Source of the DNA: the human T2T-CHM13v2.0 reference genome, Homo sapiens
NCBI RefSeq assembly: GCF_009914755.1
Contig: NC_060925.1
DNA length: 64,000 nt
Strand: one strand, 5' to 3'
This document shows, piece after piece, positions 15,456 through 28,894 of this stretch (positions are counted from its first letter, which is position 1; every line of letters starts with the position of its first letter). Made by a program: the position numbers and the translations under genes. Below the pieces are notes generated by a model. The model had not been told where the DNA came from, made no database searches, and saw only the letters and a program-made list of their open reading frames with translations.

Positions 15456-18400
15456 CCACATATTCTTTCTTCTAATGCTGTCTGGTAATAGTGCTGAGCA
15501 TAAAACCAGCTGCGATGAGCTGGTTTACAGCTCAGCAGAGTGGCCAGGGAATTCAGATGATAGTCGCTCTGCCACAGGGTGTACAAGTCTGAAAACTCAG
15601 AACTGAAAATAGAGCAGCACAGGCCCCTAAGCTACTCTTCAGATTTTAAGCCAATGCTGTGGTTGCCTGTGTTTAGAACCTAAATATTACTGTGGGTGAT
15701 GTGCTTCATTATTTTTTTATCGTCCGTTGTGACTTAATTATTTTGGAAACCACTAGGCTTTTGAGAAAGTCATTCTTTGACCACTGATATGCCAACTGTT
15801 GTTTCCCTCAGGGTCAAGTAGACTTAGTTATCCTGATTGACTGGATTGCCTGATAGGGGGTTGGTGGTTCAAACAATTTGTTCTTCACATAAAAAGAAAA
15901 AACCTCTTTCTCTCTCTCTTCTTAAATTTTTGGTCATAGGTCTTATTAATTTCACCCTACAAGAATTTATCTGTGAAATTCAGTTAGGAAATGGACTCTG
16001 ATGATAGTCATTTCAGTCATCAGGACTTTTTGAGTCTTGTTTTGCAGGGTCACACATGTATGTCTTTGCCTTATTTTCACTGCCATTACCATGGTCTCTA
16101 GCCCTCATGCACCCAAATCTAGCTTGCTTCAACATATTCCTAGTAGTTCTCTTTGCCTTTCATTTACCTAGCCCCAAGATTCAGCAGTGTTGCCTGATAA
16201 AGATTCTTAAAGTGTCCCTTTCATAATGTCAATGTGTTTAGTTAGACTTATTGAGTCAAAGAACAGAGTTTTGCATTGACTAGGTTAAGTTCAAGGGGAT
16301 TACTGGCAGCAATTTTCTATTCTCTTAGTTTCCTTTGTGGCCTATGTGGTTTCATGACATGCTTCTATCTGCAAGTTTCCTCTTTTTGACTCTTATACCT
16401 GAACAGTCCTTTATGGAGTCAGTTTGATTGGCTTAACTAATAGTCTTCACTTACACTAGGAGAATCTCTTCATTTATCCTGGGCTGGGCACCCACCCTGA
16501 TCTAGTTAGTTGTCAGCCCAGTGCAAAGAACTATCTTTGCTTACTGGACAGGAGGCTCTGGGTGAGGGTACTTAAAACTTTCCAGCTCAAGAACTTAAAA
16601 TGACATTCTGTTAAAGCCATAAAAATACTTACTTTCACTCCCTAGATTTAAGTTTTCCTGATGACATGACCCTTCCCTAAATTTTTGATTTTATTGCTAA
16701 CTAATGTCCAATGTGTATTCACTGCCATAATCAAGCCAGTTTTATTTCAGTTGTTTCCACTTACTGTTCACGTTTCCACCTCTACTCTCTCATCCCTATT
16801 CCACAAAGCCATGCATCTCACTTATTTCCACCTATTGACACCTTATGCAACTAGCCACACCTTGCCCATTTCACAAGAATCAGCTTCAATTACCTTCATA
16901 TAGATGCTCCAAGGATTTCGTCCCATGTTTACCCCTTATTTTCTCATTCTTTTTAAACATATAAGCACTATCTTATTAACTGTGTCTTATTTTTTATGCT
17001 CTTTATTTAGTGTGTTTTTATATAATTCTTTGTCCTCTAATTGGATTCTGTGTGTCAGCATTTGCTTAGCACTGTGCTCCTTATGTATTAGGACCATATA
17101 TTATTGTGCTGTGTGGCATAGTGCCCAGCTCATTTCTGGACACATAACCCATGCTCAAATAATTACATTGTTAAATAATAAACAATGTAAAACAGGATAA
17201 GCCATTATTAAACAGGATAACCCTTAAATTGTTGCTACAAGGGTGATGATCAGTGATAACTCCTCAGAAAGTCAATAGGAAACTTGTTCTCAGTATGTGA
17301 ACCCCTATCAACGAGTAATTATTTTTAACGAAAGACAGTCAACTTTTTATCCTTCCTAGTCACTGCATCTCAAAAAAGTAAATGTTGCTCTGGATAAAGC
17401 ACAAAACAGAGAAAGGAAATTCCTTGAATTAAGTAGAGAACTTAGCTAAGGGGAAAGAAATAGGAAAGGAAAGGCATTTAAGCCAGAGAAATGGCTTAAA
17501 CAAAAGTGTGGAAACAAGAACATTCAGGATGTGACCTGGAGTTCAGTTCCATAGAAGCAGAGATTTTACCCATGCTGGCCACTCCCACCTCCAAACTGGA
17601 TGGTAAGGACCATGAGGACAAGAATTTTTCTGTCTCATACAACTCTTTATCTTCTACAGTGGATAGCATATTTTATGACCTCACTAAATATCTGTGGAAG
17701 GATGGGTCAAGTAAGAATGAACAAGCAAGATGTTTTTTTAATGAAGAGAAAATATTCTTCAGAGCTTACTGAAAGAATGCAAAACACCCACAGAAATAAA
17801 TTTATATAAAATAAAATGTGTACATTTGAAAATTTTATTTTGACCTTGCTTGCCAAGGTTTCTTACAAAATGAGCAAACTAACATCATAACTCATGCTGT
17901 TGTATTCAAAGTTGCTCTATTAACTTGTGCCTGGGTTACTGGTATAAAAATTTCTCTCATCCAAGAGAGAACATTATGTTCTTTATCATAAAGTTTTTTT
18001 GATTGATTGTTATCCCTTATTATACGATTTTCTTTCCAGTACTTTTATGTATGGGTAACAGAACTAGATGGGTCTCACTCAGGTCAGAAGAACTTTTTCA
18101 GCACAGGTTATACTGGAAACTCAGTTTAAATTAACATAAGTCAAAAAGAGAACTTACTGTTTTGTGTAATTTTGTGTAACCTGGAAGTCAAGGTGGGATG
18201 TAGTTTCACGCACATTAGAATTTGGGGCTGTACTGATTCCATCAGGCCTTTCTCTTCATCCCTTGACTCTGCTTCTTGCTGTGTATCAGTTTAAATTCTT
18301 TCTACTCTGGATACACTTTTTGCATGTGGTTGGCTTAAAAAGGGTACCAGCTGGCACACAGTTCTCCATGTTCTTGACTTAGTAACATCAAAGGATATAG

Positions 18401-18733
18401 ACTTTCTCTTCAACCTCTGCTTTCAGAAAAGACACTGATTGGCCCTATAAGACATGTAGTTTTAGGATTAGTCCCGTCTTTGTTGTCTCCCTTCCCCCGC
18501 TGACACTTCCACCCCCATGGCCAGAGTATGGTGGACACTATATGTAACAAACTGCAAGATGGCATATTAAAGGGATAATTCTAAAAAAAATGAAGCTGGA
18601 TATTCCATATATGTCTACAAATATGATCTAATAATGAATATTATGCTTCCTAGAGTGGGAACAATGAGATAAGCAGCACACCGCCTGACATGGAATGCCA
18701 TCTTAACAAGATTTATTTTTGCCCTGTGGTACT

Positions 18734-19318
18734 TTGTAAGATTGTATTTTGTGAAGATGACTGCAATAAATCTTCTGTTCCGCATATTTTTCTTCAATAT
18801 GATCTTAACATTTTCCCGTCAAGAGGTAATGTCTAATTCCCCCCAGACTGCTGCCCCTCATCCCCAATCTGTACTATAACCAAGACAACAGGCCAGAGGT
18901 GGTGTTGCAGGACTCCTGAAGCTGGGTTAGAAGTAGTCTTTCAGTTTCTGCCATGGTATCTTGCAATGCTTGTGCTCAGAATGTTCCTCTAGAAACCCAG
19001 AAACCATACTGTGAGAAGCCATAGCCAAATTGCTTGCCCCCATGTAGATATTCTGTTTGACACTCTTAGCTAAGCTCAGCCTTCGAGTCATCCTAGCCCG
19101 GGCACCAGTTATGGGAGTGAATTAGTTATCTTGAAAGGGCATTCTGCAGCCCCAGCTTTTTCTGCATTGGGCCATTTATGTCACTCCCAACTGAGACTCC
19201 ATTTACAAAGGAGGAAAGAATTTCTGACCCTGAAAAGTGATGTGCATACTAAAGTAGTGGTTGTTTTATACTGCTAAGTTTGGGTTGGTTTGTTATGCAG
19301 CAATAGATAACTGGGACA
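18734..19318 (+). mobile_element. MaLR solo LTR (MLT1G/H-like)
   Basis: Starts 'gattgtattttgtgaagatgactgcaat' and ends 'gttatgcagcaatagataactgggaca'. Confidence 0.55.
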
Positions 19319-22300
19319 TGCTCCATGCTCTTAGTGCCCAGCATGAGTTTTTGCACAGGATAGAAAATGAATTTTCCCCCTAACACTTGAAACATAATTA
19401 TACCAGATGAGAAAGCCTGAAAACAATGTTATCAGAGAGATATTTAACAGTTAACAGTGGAGAAAATCAAACACGTTCTTTTAAAAGAATGAATCGTGAA
19501 GTCTTAAAGTCAGTGAAGAATATTAATTAATGGGGAGGAACATAAAAAATAAAACCCATGAACAGAGTTTAGTAATCAGCACGCATTTAGGAGAACAGTA
19601 AGAAATTGACATGATTGAAATATATGAAAGAGACTAGAGATAAATTTCAAAAGAGGGGGCACTTTATTTGGCCCTCGATGCTCTGTTAATAAGTTTCCAT
19701 TTAGATAAGGACTAATAGGAGGGTGCTAAGTTTTATTCTTTCTGAAAGTTATATATCAAATATATATCAAATATGGTAAGAAAGATTGTCATTTTAACCA
19801 TGTTTAAAATGACTAAGAGTGAGGAGTCCAGAAAAGCGGCAAAAGTAACAACCCCATCACACAGTGACTAGAACATCTGGCAGAAAACATGATGGGCATT
19901 GGGTACACTTAGAAAAGGTAGAAGAAAAACAAGTTTGTGCCCAATTGTAATTAGGGATTAATTATAACCTCCTGTTTCTTTCAGATGCTGAATTTCCATA
20001 ATAATCCCATAGCATGACTATAGTTGGTAGTGAGGGACAATTGGGAAAAGAAGCTTATTTTGAGGGAATTTGAAGTGTTAGTAGTAAGAGATGTGGTTTT
20101 GTAAAGTAGCGGTAGAAACAAAGATGCTTTCTCATGGCATATTTGTGATCTTAGATTTTCCACACCTCTCTGTTCATCATGGCTTTCAAATGAGACTAAG
20201 GGAATGTGTTGTACTTGATGTAGTGAGCTCTTGCCTTAGGACTTCAAAATCCCAGTTACTAGCTATGTGATCTAGAGCAAGTAATGTTCCTGGAACTTAG
20301 TTTTAATATTGGGAACTATGAATTGACTGTTTATGGAAGAATCTGATGAATACATGTTTCATGTATTGTAAAATGTACAAATCGGCACATTTCACGAATA
20401 TCTTTTATACAGATAAAAGATTGTTAATATGAAACTATATAGTTAGTTTTGGAGGACTCAAAAAATACATTAGAAAATTTCAGTTGTATCAAAAAAGTGT
20501 TTTTAGGGTAGAGCCCTGAGATATGTATAACCTGGGCTGGTATATGGATCTTATGTGGGGCTATCAAGAGAGGGGTGGTTCAGCTCAGATGGAAATTGGG
20601 GAACATGATTGGATGTTTGATCAGAATAGATGGATGTTGGATCAGAATAGATCCATTTTATAGATAAAGGAGCCAGAAATGAAAGTGAAGACAGCAAATT
20701 ATAGATAGAGACTGTGCTTAGTCCAAAGGTAAGAATTGAGGAGTCAGTGAAGATCAATCAGAGAAACAGATTTATATAGATGAAAGGAATGAAATCAGAA
20801 AGATACCAGTGGGTATCAGTAGGAGACTCAGAGATAGTAGTATGATCAATTTGCTTTATCTGTGGTCCTCTCGATGTGGGGCTTCCACCCTAAGGGTTTA
20901 AGGGGACATTTTCAGAGGTGATTACTTAGCTATTAAGAGATACATCTTTGTTCTTGCAAGTCTCAAAATTGTTGTACAAAATACTTTGACTAAGAGAATT
21001 TCTGTTCGTGTCTAACCTTAGACTCTACGAGCTAAGTAAATAGAATGGCTATTGTCCTAGTTGGCTTATTGCTCTACCTGGCATTATTGACAGCACCTTC
21101 TCAAGAGGGTAGGTGACACTGTAGACACCACGTGTAAAGCTTCTAATCTGCATCCCAAACCCCAACTATAGCTACTAACTGTAGTTTCATTTTCCCCTTT
21201 TGAAGTCGTGTTGCCACAGAAGAGGTTCCACCACGTTGCTTGTCTTCTTTGGATTGTTCATTCTATCAGCTTGGGTCCTCACTCTTTTTTTTGAAACTAG
21301 ACAATGACTTTTCAAGGTTTTCTGATTCCACGCTCCACAGCCATGTGCCATCATTGCTCTATTCAAGCATTCTAATTTGGTTCTCACTGTCAGGGCCAAA
21401 ACCTTAAAGGGATTAGTCCGCTATGGCAATTACATATACTGTTAGGTGATTGTTAATGTGGTCAGTTATATTTCAGGTCTAGCATTGAGATTATCTCTTA
21501 TTTTCATGTGTTATTTGAGTGATGAAGCAGAACTTTATCATTACTAACTAACGCTGTGTATTTGAAAGTAAATAAACTTTAGATAGTGAATACAGCTTAT
21601 GAATAGAAATATTTTCCACTTACAAATATTTATTCACTTTCCAACATTAGTGTGGCACATTTGTAATAATCAATGGATGAATATGGATACATTACTATTA
21701 CCTAAAGTCTATAATTCATTCAGATTTCCTTACATTGTACCTAACGTCTTTTTTCTTTTCCAGGATTCTATCCAGTAAACCACATTCCATTTCATCACCA
21801 TGTCTCCTTAGGCTTTGTTTGGCTGTGACAATTTCTCAACTTTCCTTGTTTTTGATGAGTTTAACAGTTTTGAGTAGTACTAGTCAAGGTTTATATGAAA
21901 TATACCTCAATAGTGATATGTCTGATTTTTTTTTCATTACTCGTTTAGGATTATGGGTTTTTCGTAGGAAAATCATGAAGTGACATTCTTCTCATATCAC
22001 GATTATAGACTACCAACATGACCTAGCACTGTTAATGACCTAGACCGCCTGACTGAGGTAGTGTGTACAGGTTTCTCCACTGTGAAGTTACTCTCTCCTC
22101 TTCCTTTTCACAGCATGAAGTTGGAAGTTACTCCACACTGTCTACAGGGGATGAGTGGATAGATAAACTCTACTCCTTGAATAGTAATATTTACATACAT
22201 TATTTGTAATTCTTATGTATGAAAAGTTTGTTTAATCTCTCCTATTTTTAAATTATTTAGTCAATCATTTATTTATATCAGTATGACTGCAGGAATATTA

Positions 22301-23005
22301 ATTTCATACACAGCTATATTCCAGTGCTACTTTATTTACTTATTTATAAAATAAGTTTAATTTTTACAGACATTTTAGGTTCACAGTAAAATTGGGAGGA
22401 AATTACAGAATTCCCATATCCCCGCCTCCCTGACACATTCACAGCCTCTTCCACTGTCAGTATCACTAACCTGAAGGGTACATTTGTTGGAAATGATGAA
22501 CCTATATTGACACATAATTATCACAAAAAGTCCATGTGTTACATTAGGATTCACTCTTGGTGTTGTATATTCTGATTTTGACAAATGAATAATGATAAGT
22601 AGCCAATATTATGGTATCACATAGAATAGTTTCACTGCTTTAAAATTCCTCTGTGCTCCACTTATTCATCTTTCTTTCCCGCTAACTCCGGCAACCACTG
22701 ATCTGTTTATTGTCCCCATCATTTTGCCTTTTTCCAGAATGTCATATAGTTGGATCATACAGTATGTAGCCCTTTACGATTCACTTTTCTCACTTAGTAA
22801 TATGCATTTACAGTTTCTCTATGCCTTTTCATGGCTTGATACCTCATTTCTGTTCAACACTGAAGAATATTTCAGTGTTTGGATGTACCATAGTTTGTTT
22901 ATACATTCATATACCAAAAGAACATCTTGGTTGCTTCCAAGTTTTGACAATTATGAAGAAAACTTCTGTAAACATTTATGAATGGGTTTTTATGTGGATG
23001 TAAAC

Positions 23006-23149
23006 TTTTTTTTTTTTTTAGGCGGAGTTTCTCTCTTGTTGCCCAGGCTGAAGTGCAATGGCATGATCTTGGCTCACTGAAACCTGTGCCTCCCAGGCTC
23101 AAGTGATTCTCCTGCCTCAGCCTCTGAGTAGCTGGGATTACAGGTGCCA
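23006..23149 (-). mobile_element. 5'-truncated AluS (right monomer plus tail)
   Basis: Poly-T followed by 'ggagtttctctcttgttgcccaggctg...tagctgggattacaggtgcc'. Confidence 0.85.
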
Positions 23150-24499
23150 ATGAAAACTTCCAAACGTTTTAGGTAAAAACCAAGAAACACAATTGTTGGA
23201 TTGCATGGTAAGAGTATATTTGGTTTTGTAAAAAACTGGTGAACTGTTTCTAAGTGGCTGTACTATTTTGCATTCCCACTAGCAATGAATGAAAGCTCTT
23301 GTTTCTCCACATTCTTGTCAGTGTTAGGTGTTGTCAGTGTTTTGTATTTGGGCCATTCTGATAGTGTATATTGGTATATCATTTTATTTTCCAATTCTCT
23401 AGTGACATATGATGTTGAGCATCTTTTCATATATGTTTATTTGCCATACGTACATCTTCTTTGGTAAAGTGTTTGTATAGATCTTTGCACATTTTTAAAG
23501 GGGGTTGTTGAGCTTTAAGTGTCTTTTGTATACTACACTTTGGATAACAGTCCTTTATCAGATATGTCTTTTACAATTATTTTCTTCCAATCTGTGGCTT
23601 GTCTTATCTCGACAGTGTCTTTAAAAGAGAAGAAGTTTTTAAATTTAATGAAGTCTAGTTTATCAATTTTTTTCCCATGGATCATGTTTTTGGTGTTGTA
23701 TCTAAAAATTCATCATCAAAGCCACACTTACCTAGATTTTCTTCTATGTTATATTCTGAGAGTTTTAAAGTTTTGCATTTTACATTTAGGTCTATGATCC
23801 ATTTTGAGTTAATTTTTGTGAAGGATGTAAGGAATATATATATATTCTTTTTTTTTTGCCTATGATGTCCAATTGTTCCAGCACCATTTCACAAAAAGAC
23901 TCTTTTCCCTATTGTATTGCCTTTGCTCCTTTGTTGAATATCATTTATCTATATTTGTGTCTCCTTATTTTGCTGTTCAAATTTGTCCAGCTTTGGCCTT
24001 TGGGAGCTATTTCAGTTGACTTCTGTGTCCCATTTGAAATATTCTTATTATTTTTTTCTTTATGAGAATTCTTTACTTTCTAGCACTACACAATACTCTA
24101 AGCTCAGTTTATGTATTTCTTGTCCCATTTCTAGAGTCAGCCATTTTTACAAGGAGCCCTGAATGTTTTTATTGGAGAGTAAGTATCTGAAGCTAAGAGC
24201 TGAGTGCTTGGTGTGCTCACTGCTACTGGGTTGTCATTGTTTTAGGTCCTCTCAGATGACAGAGCAAGGAAATAGATAAGTGTCTACTAACCTATGTATG
24301 TATACACACACATGTAAATATAGTTTTTTTCTCTGAGTAACCATGTATATCTACATTAAGCGAATTTGTTCATAATAATGTCTCCCACTCTAGTGCATTA
24401 CCATATTGTATTTTTCTCTAATTTTGTCATGAAGTCTCTCTCTGGAGAGTGGCTATAAACTCTAATTCTGTTTGATGGGGCTCCATAGATGTTCACTTG

Positions 24500-25277
24500 T
24501 GTCTTTCACAGAATACTTATTTATTCTTGTGGATGGTCTAATGCCTAGGTGTCCAACATGTGACCAGTTGTCTCTCTCACAGGAAATTTGTTTATACTGG
24601 CAGATGCCCTTATGACTCTTGCTGACCTGTGTTCAGCTTATTCTTACCAAGATAGGCATTCTCTAGAAGAGCCCTGACCATGAAAGAAGTTAGGTTTGGG
24701 AGTGGTGGTCAGGTGAGAAATGGTAGAAAACTCAACAAATCTCATGAAATAATAGAAGCAGTTTATACTTATAGATCCCAGAGAGAAGAGGGCAGCGTGC
24801 CTCGCAGGGCCAAATGGAAGGGGGAGCTGTCCAGGACACATGTTCTTAACCAGTGAATGAGAGCAAAAGAGAGGGGAACCTGTGGACTAAAGGCTTTATT
24901 GGGGTCCAGGGCATTACCCAAGCAGATTTGCTGTAAGGAGTCTAACGGGTAGGTTTATGTAAGCAGGCATGGGTTCCACAGAGTCACAGTGTGACTAAAA
25001 GGGGACCACTGCAGCATATCATCATGGTCCATGTGGGGTGTGGGGATCAGTGGAGTGAGTCAAGTAGGTTATTATCTAGCTGTTTCATAGGAAGGTGATC
25101 ACTAGGAAGTGGTTATGTAAGGCAGATGTTTGGATCCACCATATTGAAAAACTGAGAATAAGTAGAGAACTGGAAAGTTTAGTCAAAGGTGACTATACCC
25201 TGCTTCTGATATGAGAAATTCCCACTTATATGCAAAATGGATGCTGAGGCAGCATAAAATTATAACATTTTACTACA
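24500..25277 (-). mobile_element. Probable ERV solo LTR, family unassigned
   Basis: A GC-richer block inside L1M, with TG..CA-like ends on the minus strand and AATAAA near its 3' end (~24520). Confidence 0.35.
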
Positions 25278-26775
25278 CATATATATCATTCTTGCTTTCT
25301 CTCCTTATTTAACTTTACCCCTAGTTAAACGACGTGAGAAATTTGGGTACTGCAGTCCACCATTCTTTGTTTAATTTTTGTACACATGTATGGTGGTTTC
25401 ACAATTGTTAACCCATAGTCCATAGGAAACACTTTCATCAAATAAAATACAGTGCTTATGTACATTTCTTTTTTCCTTTAGTCTTGAAGACTCTACTTAT
25501 TTCCAAAGTTACTTAGCTCAGTACCTTTTTCTTTCATCCCATTTCAATGAGATTGTTTTAATCAGTTGTAATAAAGTTATATTCTTTTGTCACACTGCAT
25601 TATCTCCTGGGATTCCTCATTTCCTCAATGCTTCTTAAAAATTTGTATACATTAAGGTGTACTCTTTGTGCTGTTAATTTCTGTGGATTTTGACAAATTC
25701 ATAGTGTTGCATATCTGTTATTAGAGTATCAGACAGGATAGTTTCACAGCTCTAAAAAAGCCCTTGTCTTTTACCTTTTCATAGACCTATCTCCCCATCA
25801 TCTCCTGGCAACCACTGATCTGTTTACTATCCTTGAAGTTTTGCCTTTTCCAGAATGTCATATACATGGAATTATACCGTATGTAGTCTTTTCAGATTGG
25901 CTTCTTTCACTTAGCAGTATACTCTTAAGGTTCATCCATGTCTTTGTGTGGTTTCATAGTGCATTACTTTTAATAGCCAAAGAGCATTTGTATGAATGTC
26001 CCATAATTTGTTTATTCATTCACTTATTAAAGGACATATTGGTTATTACCTTTTTGGTGATTATGAATAAAGCTTCTATAAACATTCATGTGTAGGTTCA
26101 TGTAGACATTACTTTTCAAATCAGTTGGGTAAACACCTAGGAGCACAATTGCTAGATCATATGGCAAAACTGTGTTTAGTTTTGTAAGAAACTGCCAGAC
26201 ATTTCTAGAGTGGTAGCATTGTAGTCCACCAGCAATGAATGAGAGTTCCTATTGCTCTGCATTCTTAACAGTAATTGGTATTGGCAGTTTTTTTGGATTT
26301 TAGCCATTCTAATTAGTGTGTAGAGTATATCTCATTGTTGTTTTAATTTGTGTTTCCCTGATGACAAATGATTTTGAGCATATTTTCATATGCTTATTTG
26401 CCATATCTTTCTTGGTGAGGTGTCCAAATCTTTTGCCCATTTTAAATTGAATTCTTTGTTTTTTATTGTTGAATACTAGAGTTCTTTGGATATTTTGGAT
26501 ACGAGCCCTTTATCAGATAGGTGATTGCAAATATTTTCTCCCATTGTGCGCTTTCTTTTTATTCTCTAGACAGTATGCTAAGGAGAGCAGAAGTTTTCAA
26601 TTTTAATAAGCTCCAACTTACCAGTTTTTTCTTTCATGGATTGTGTTTTTCTTGTTATATTTAAAAAACTCACCACCAAACTGAAGGTTATATGGCTTTT
26701 TCTCCCTTGTCTCCTATATTTTCTTATTTTCTCTCGGAAATGCTATAGTTTAGCATTTTATATTTAGGTCTATCA

Positions 26776-27059
26776 TTTTTTTTTTTTTTGGAAGAGTTTC
26801 GCTCTTGTCACCCAGCCTGGAATGCAATGGTGCGATCTCTCTGCTCACTGTAACCTCCACCTCCCGGGTTCAAGTGATTCTCCTGCCTCAGTCTCCTGAG
26901 GTAGCTGGGATTATAGGTGTCCATCACCATGCCCAGCTAATTTTTTTGTATTTCTAGTTGAGGCAGGGTTTCACCATGTTGGCCAGGCTGGTCCTGAACT
27001 CCTGACTTCAAGTGATGCATCCACCTCAGCCTACCAATGTACTTGGATTACAGGCATGA
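26776..27059 (-). mobile_element. AluS (Sq/Sp-like), missing ~15 nt at the 5' end
   Basis: 'gagtttcgctcttgt...gtgcaatgg' type diagnostics; dimeric structure. Confidence 0.9.
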
Positions 27060-27239
27060 TCCATTTTGAGTTAATTTTTGCGTAAGGTGTAAGTTCTGTT
27101 CTAGGTTCATGTTTTTATATAAACATCCAGTTATTCCAGTACTATTTGTTGAAAATACAGTGTTTTCTCCATTGAATTGCCTTTGTGCCTTTATCAAAAT
27201 CAGTTGAATATATTTATGTGGGTCTATTTGTGGAGTCTA

Positions 27240-28500
27240 GCCAACTATATAGTGAGAAGACACAGTTCTCACAAAACTTCTCTCATTTAAGTCACCAGCC
27301 ACAAGTTTCAGGTGTCCCCTAGACCACCTTCACTTCAGACCATTTGGCTACCATGATTGTTTTATGTTTCAAGTTTGCTAGGCTGTAATACCCAGATATT
27401 TAATCAAACACTAATATGGATGCTGACTTGAGGATATTTAGTAAATTTGATTAACATCTACAATCAAATTAATTCAAGAAAAATGAGATTACCCTCAATG
27501 ATGTAGATGGGACTCATCCAATACACTGAAGGTCTCAAGAGTAAACACTGGTTTCTCAGAGAAGAAAAATATTTTGCTTTAAGACTGCCCATGCTGAGTT
27601 TTCAGCCAGCTGACCTGCCCTACAGATTTTGGACTCAAGACTGTGGCATTAACCCCTGCCTAATTTCCTAGCCTGCTGATGTGATCTATAAATTTTGGAC
27701 TTGGCAGCTACCACATTGCATGAGCACTGGTTTTGAGTAAATGTCATATATATATATATATATACACACACACTCATATACACATGATTATGTGTACATA
27801 TAAATATATATTAGACAACATATGTGATCTGTTTATAGTCTATATAAACTATAATTATATATATATAATATATGTCATATCATACATATAAAAATCTGTT
27901 TTTCTTGAGATTTCTGACATATATAGCTACAAATTCTGGGATCCCCACTACCAGTCACAGGTTTGATAATTGGCTAGAACAGCTAGAACTCAGGAACACA
28001 CTGTACCTATAATATCTTTTATTATGACAAAAGTACACAAATTAAAATCAGCCAAGGGAAGTGATGCACAGGGCAGAGCCAGAAGGGGCCCCAACTTGAG
28101 ACCCCTGGTTGTCCTCTTCCTGTGGGGTCATAAGCAGCGTTACTTCTCAGCCACAGTGTGTGACAATATACACTGAATATTGCCAACCAAAGAAGCTCAC
28201 CTGAGCCTTTGTTGTTCACAGTTTTGATTGGGGCTTGATTACATACTTCAGTCTTCAGCTCCTCTCAGAGGTCAGGCTAATACTCTTAGTCTCTAGTTCT
28301 GCTGAATGTTAGAACTAATATAGCATGGCTCAAGTCTTCCACCAGAAATTACATTGTTACATTGTACCATGGCCAAAATCCCCAAGTCAACAAAGTCTCT
28401 CTTGCCAGATAAGACATTCTAGGGATGTATAGATCCCAGTAGTTGAAGGAAAAGTTCAGACTTTTCTTTGGGCAAGGTTAACTCTTTACTAGATAACACA
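27240..28500. mobile_element. MER21-like LTR interrupted by MLT2
   Basis: 'gaccaccttcacttcagaccatttggcta|caaattctggggatcccc...ggtttgataattggctagaac...gggcaaggttaactctttacta'. Confidence 0.6.
27352..27925 (+). mobile_element. MLT2-like (ERVL) solo LTR with internal (TA)n
   Basis: MLT2 motifs ('attaccctcaatgatgtagatgggactcatccaat', 'cctgccctacagattttggactc'). 5-bp TSD GCTAC at 27347-27351 and 27926-27930. Confidence 0.7.
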
Positions 28501-28598
28501 TAATGTAAGAAAAAAAATTGTGTGAATTTTAAATATCATAAAATTGAATTTAAATATGAGTGATAATTATGATACTGGTGTTCAAAAATACACACTTT

Positions 28599-28894
28599 GG
28601 CAGGGTGTAGTGGCTCATGCCCGTAATCCCAGCACTTTGGGAGGCCAAGAAGGGCAGATCGCTTGAGGCCATGAGTTTGAGAATAGCCTGGCCAAAATAG
28701 TGAAACCCCGCCTCTATCAAAAACACAAAAATTATCCCAGTGTGGTGGTGCGCACATGTAATCCCAGCTACTTGGTAGATGAAGCACAAAAATCCCTTGA
28801 ACCTGGGAGGCAGAGGTTGCAGTGAGCAGAGATGGCTGCCACTGAACTCCAGCCTGGGTGACAGAGTGAGACTCTGTCTCAAAAAACAAAAAAA
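28599..28894 (+). mobile_element. Full-length Alu (diverged AluS/J)
   Basis: Dimeric Alu with A-rich linker and tail. Confidence 0.92.

Larger units (their letters stand above)
21640..27238 (-). mobile_element. Cluster of old L1M (L1MC-like) 3' fragments, interrupted by Alus and an LTR
   Basis: Recurring L1 3'-end/ORF2 motifs on the minus strand, e.g. 'ggcaaccactgatctg...ttttgccttttccagaatgtcatat' at ~22690 and ~25806, and 'cccaccagcaatgaatgagagttcct'. No open ORF. Confidence 0.7.

Noticed and set aside
28536-28889. 110-117 aa ORFs (also 22899-23150 and 43005-43323)
   Set aside because: Translations of antisense or sense Alu sequence, a well-known annotation artefact.
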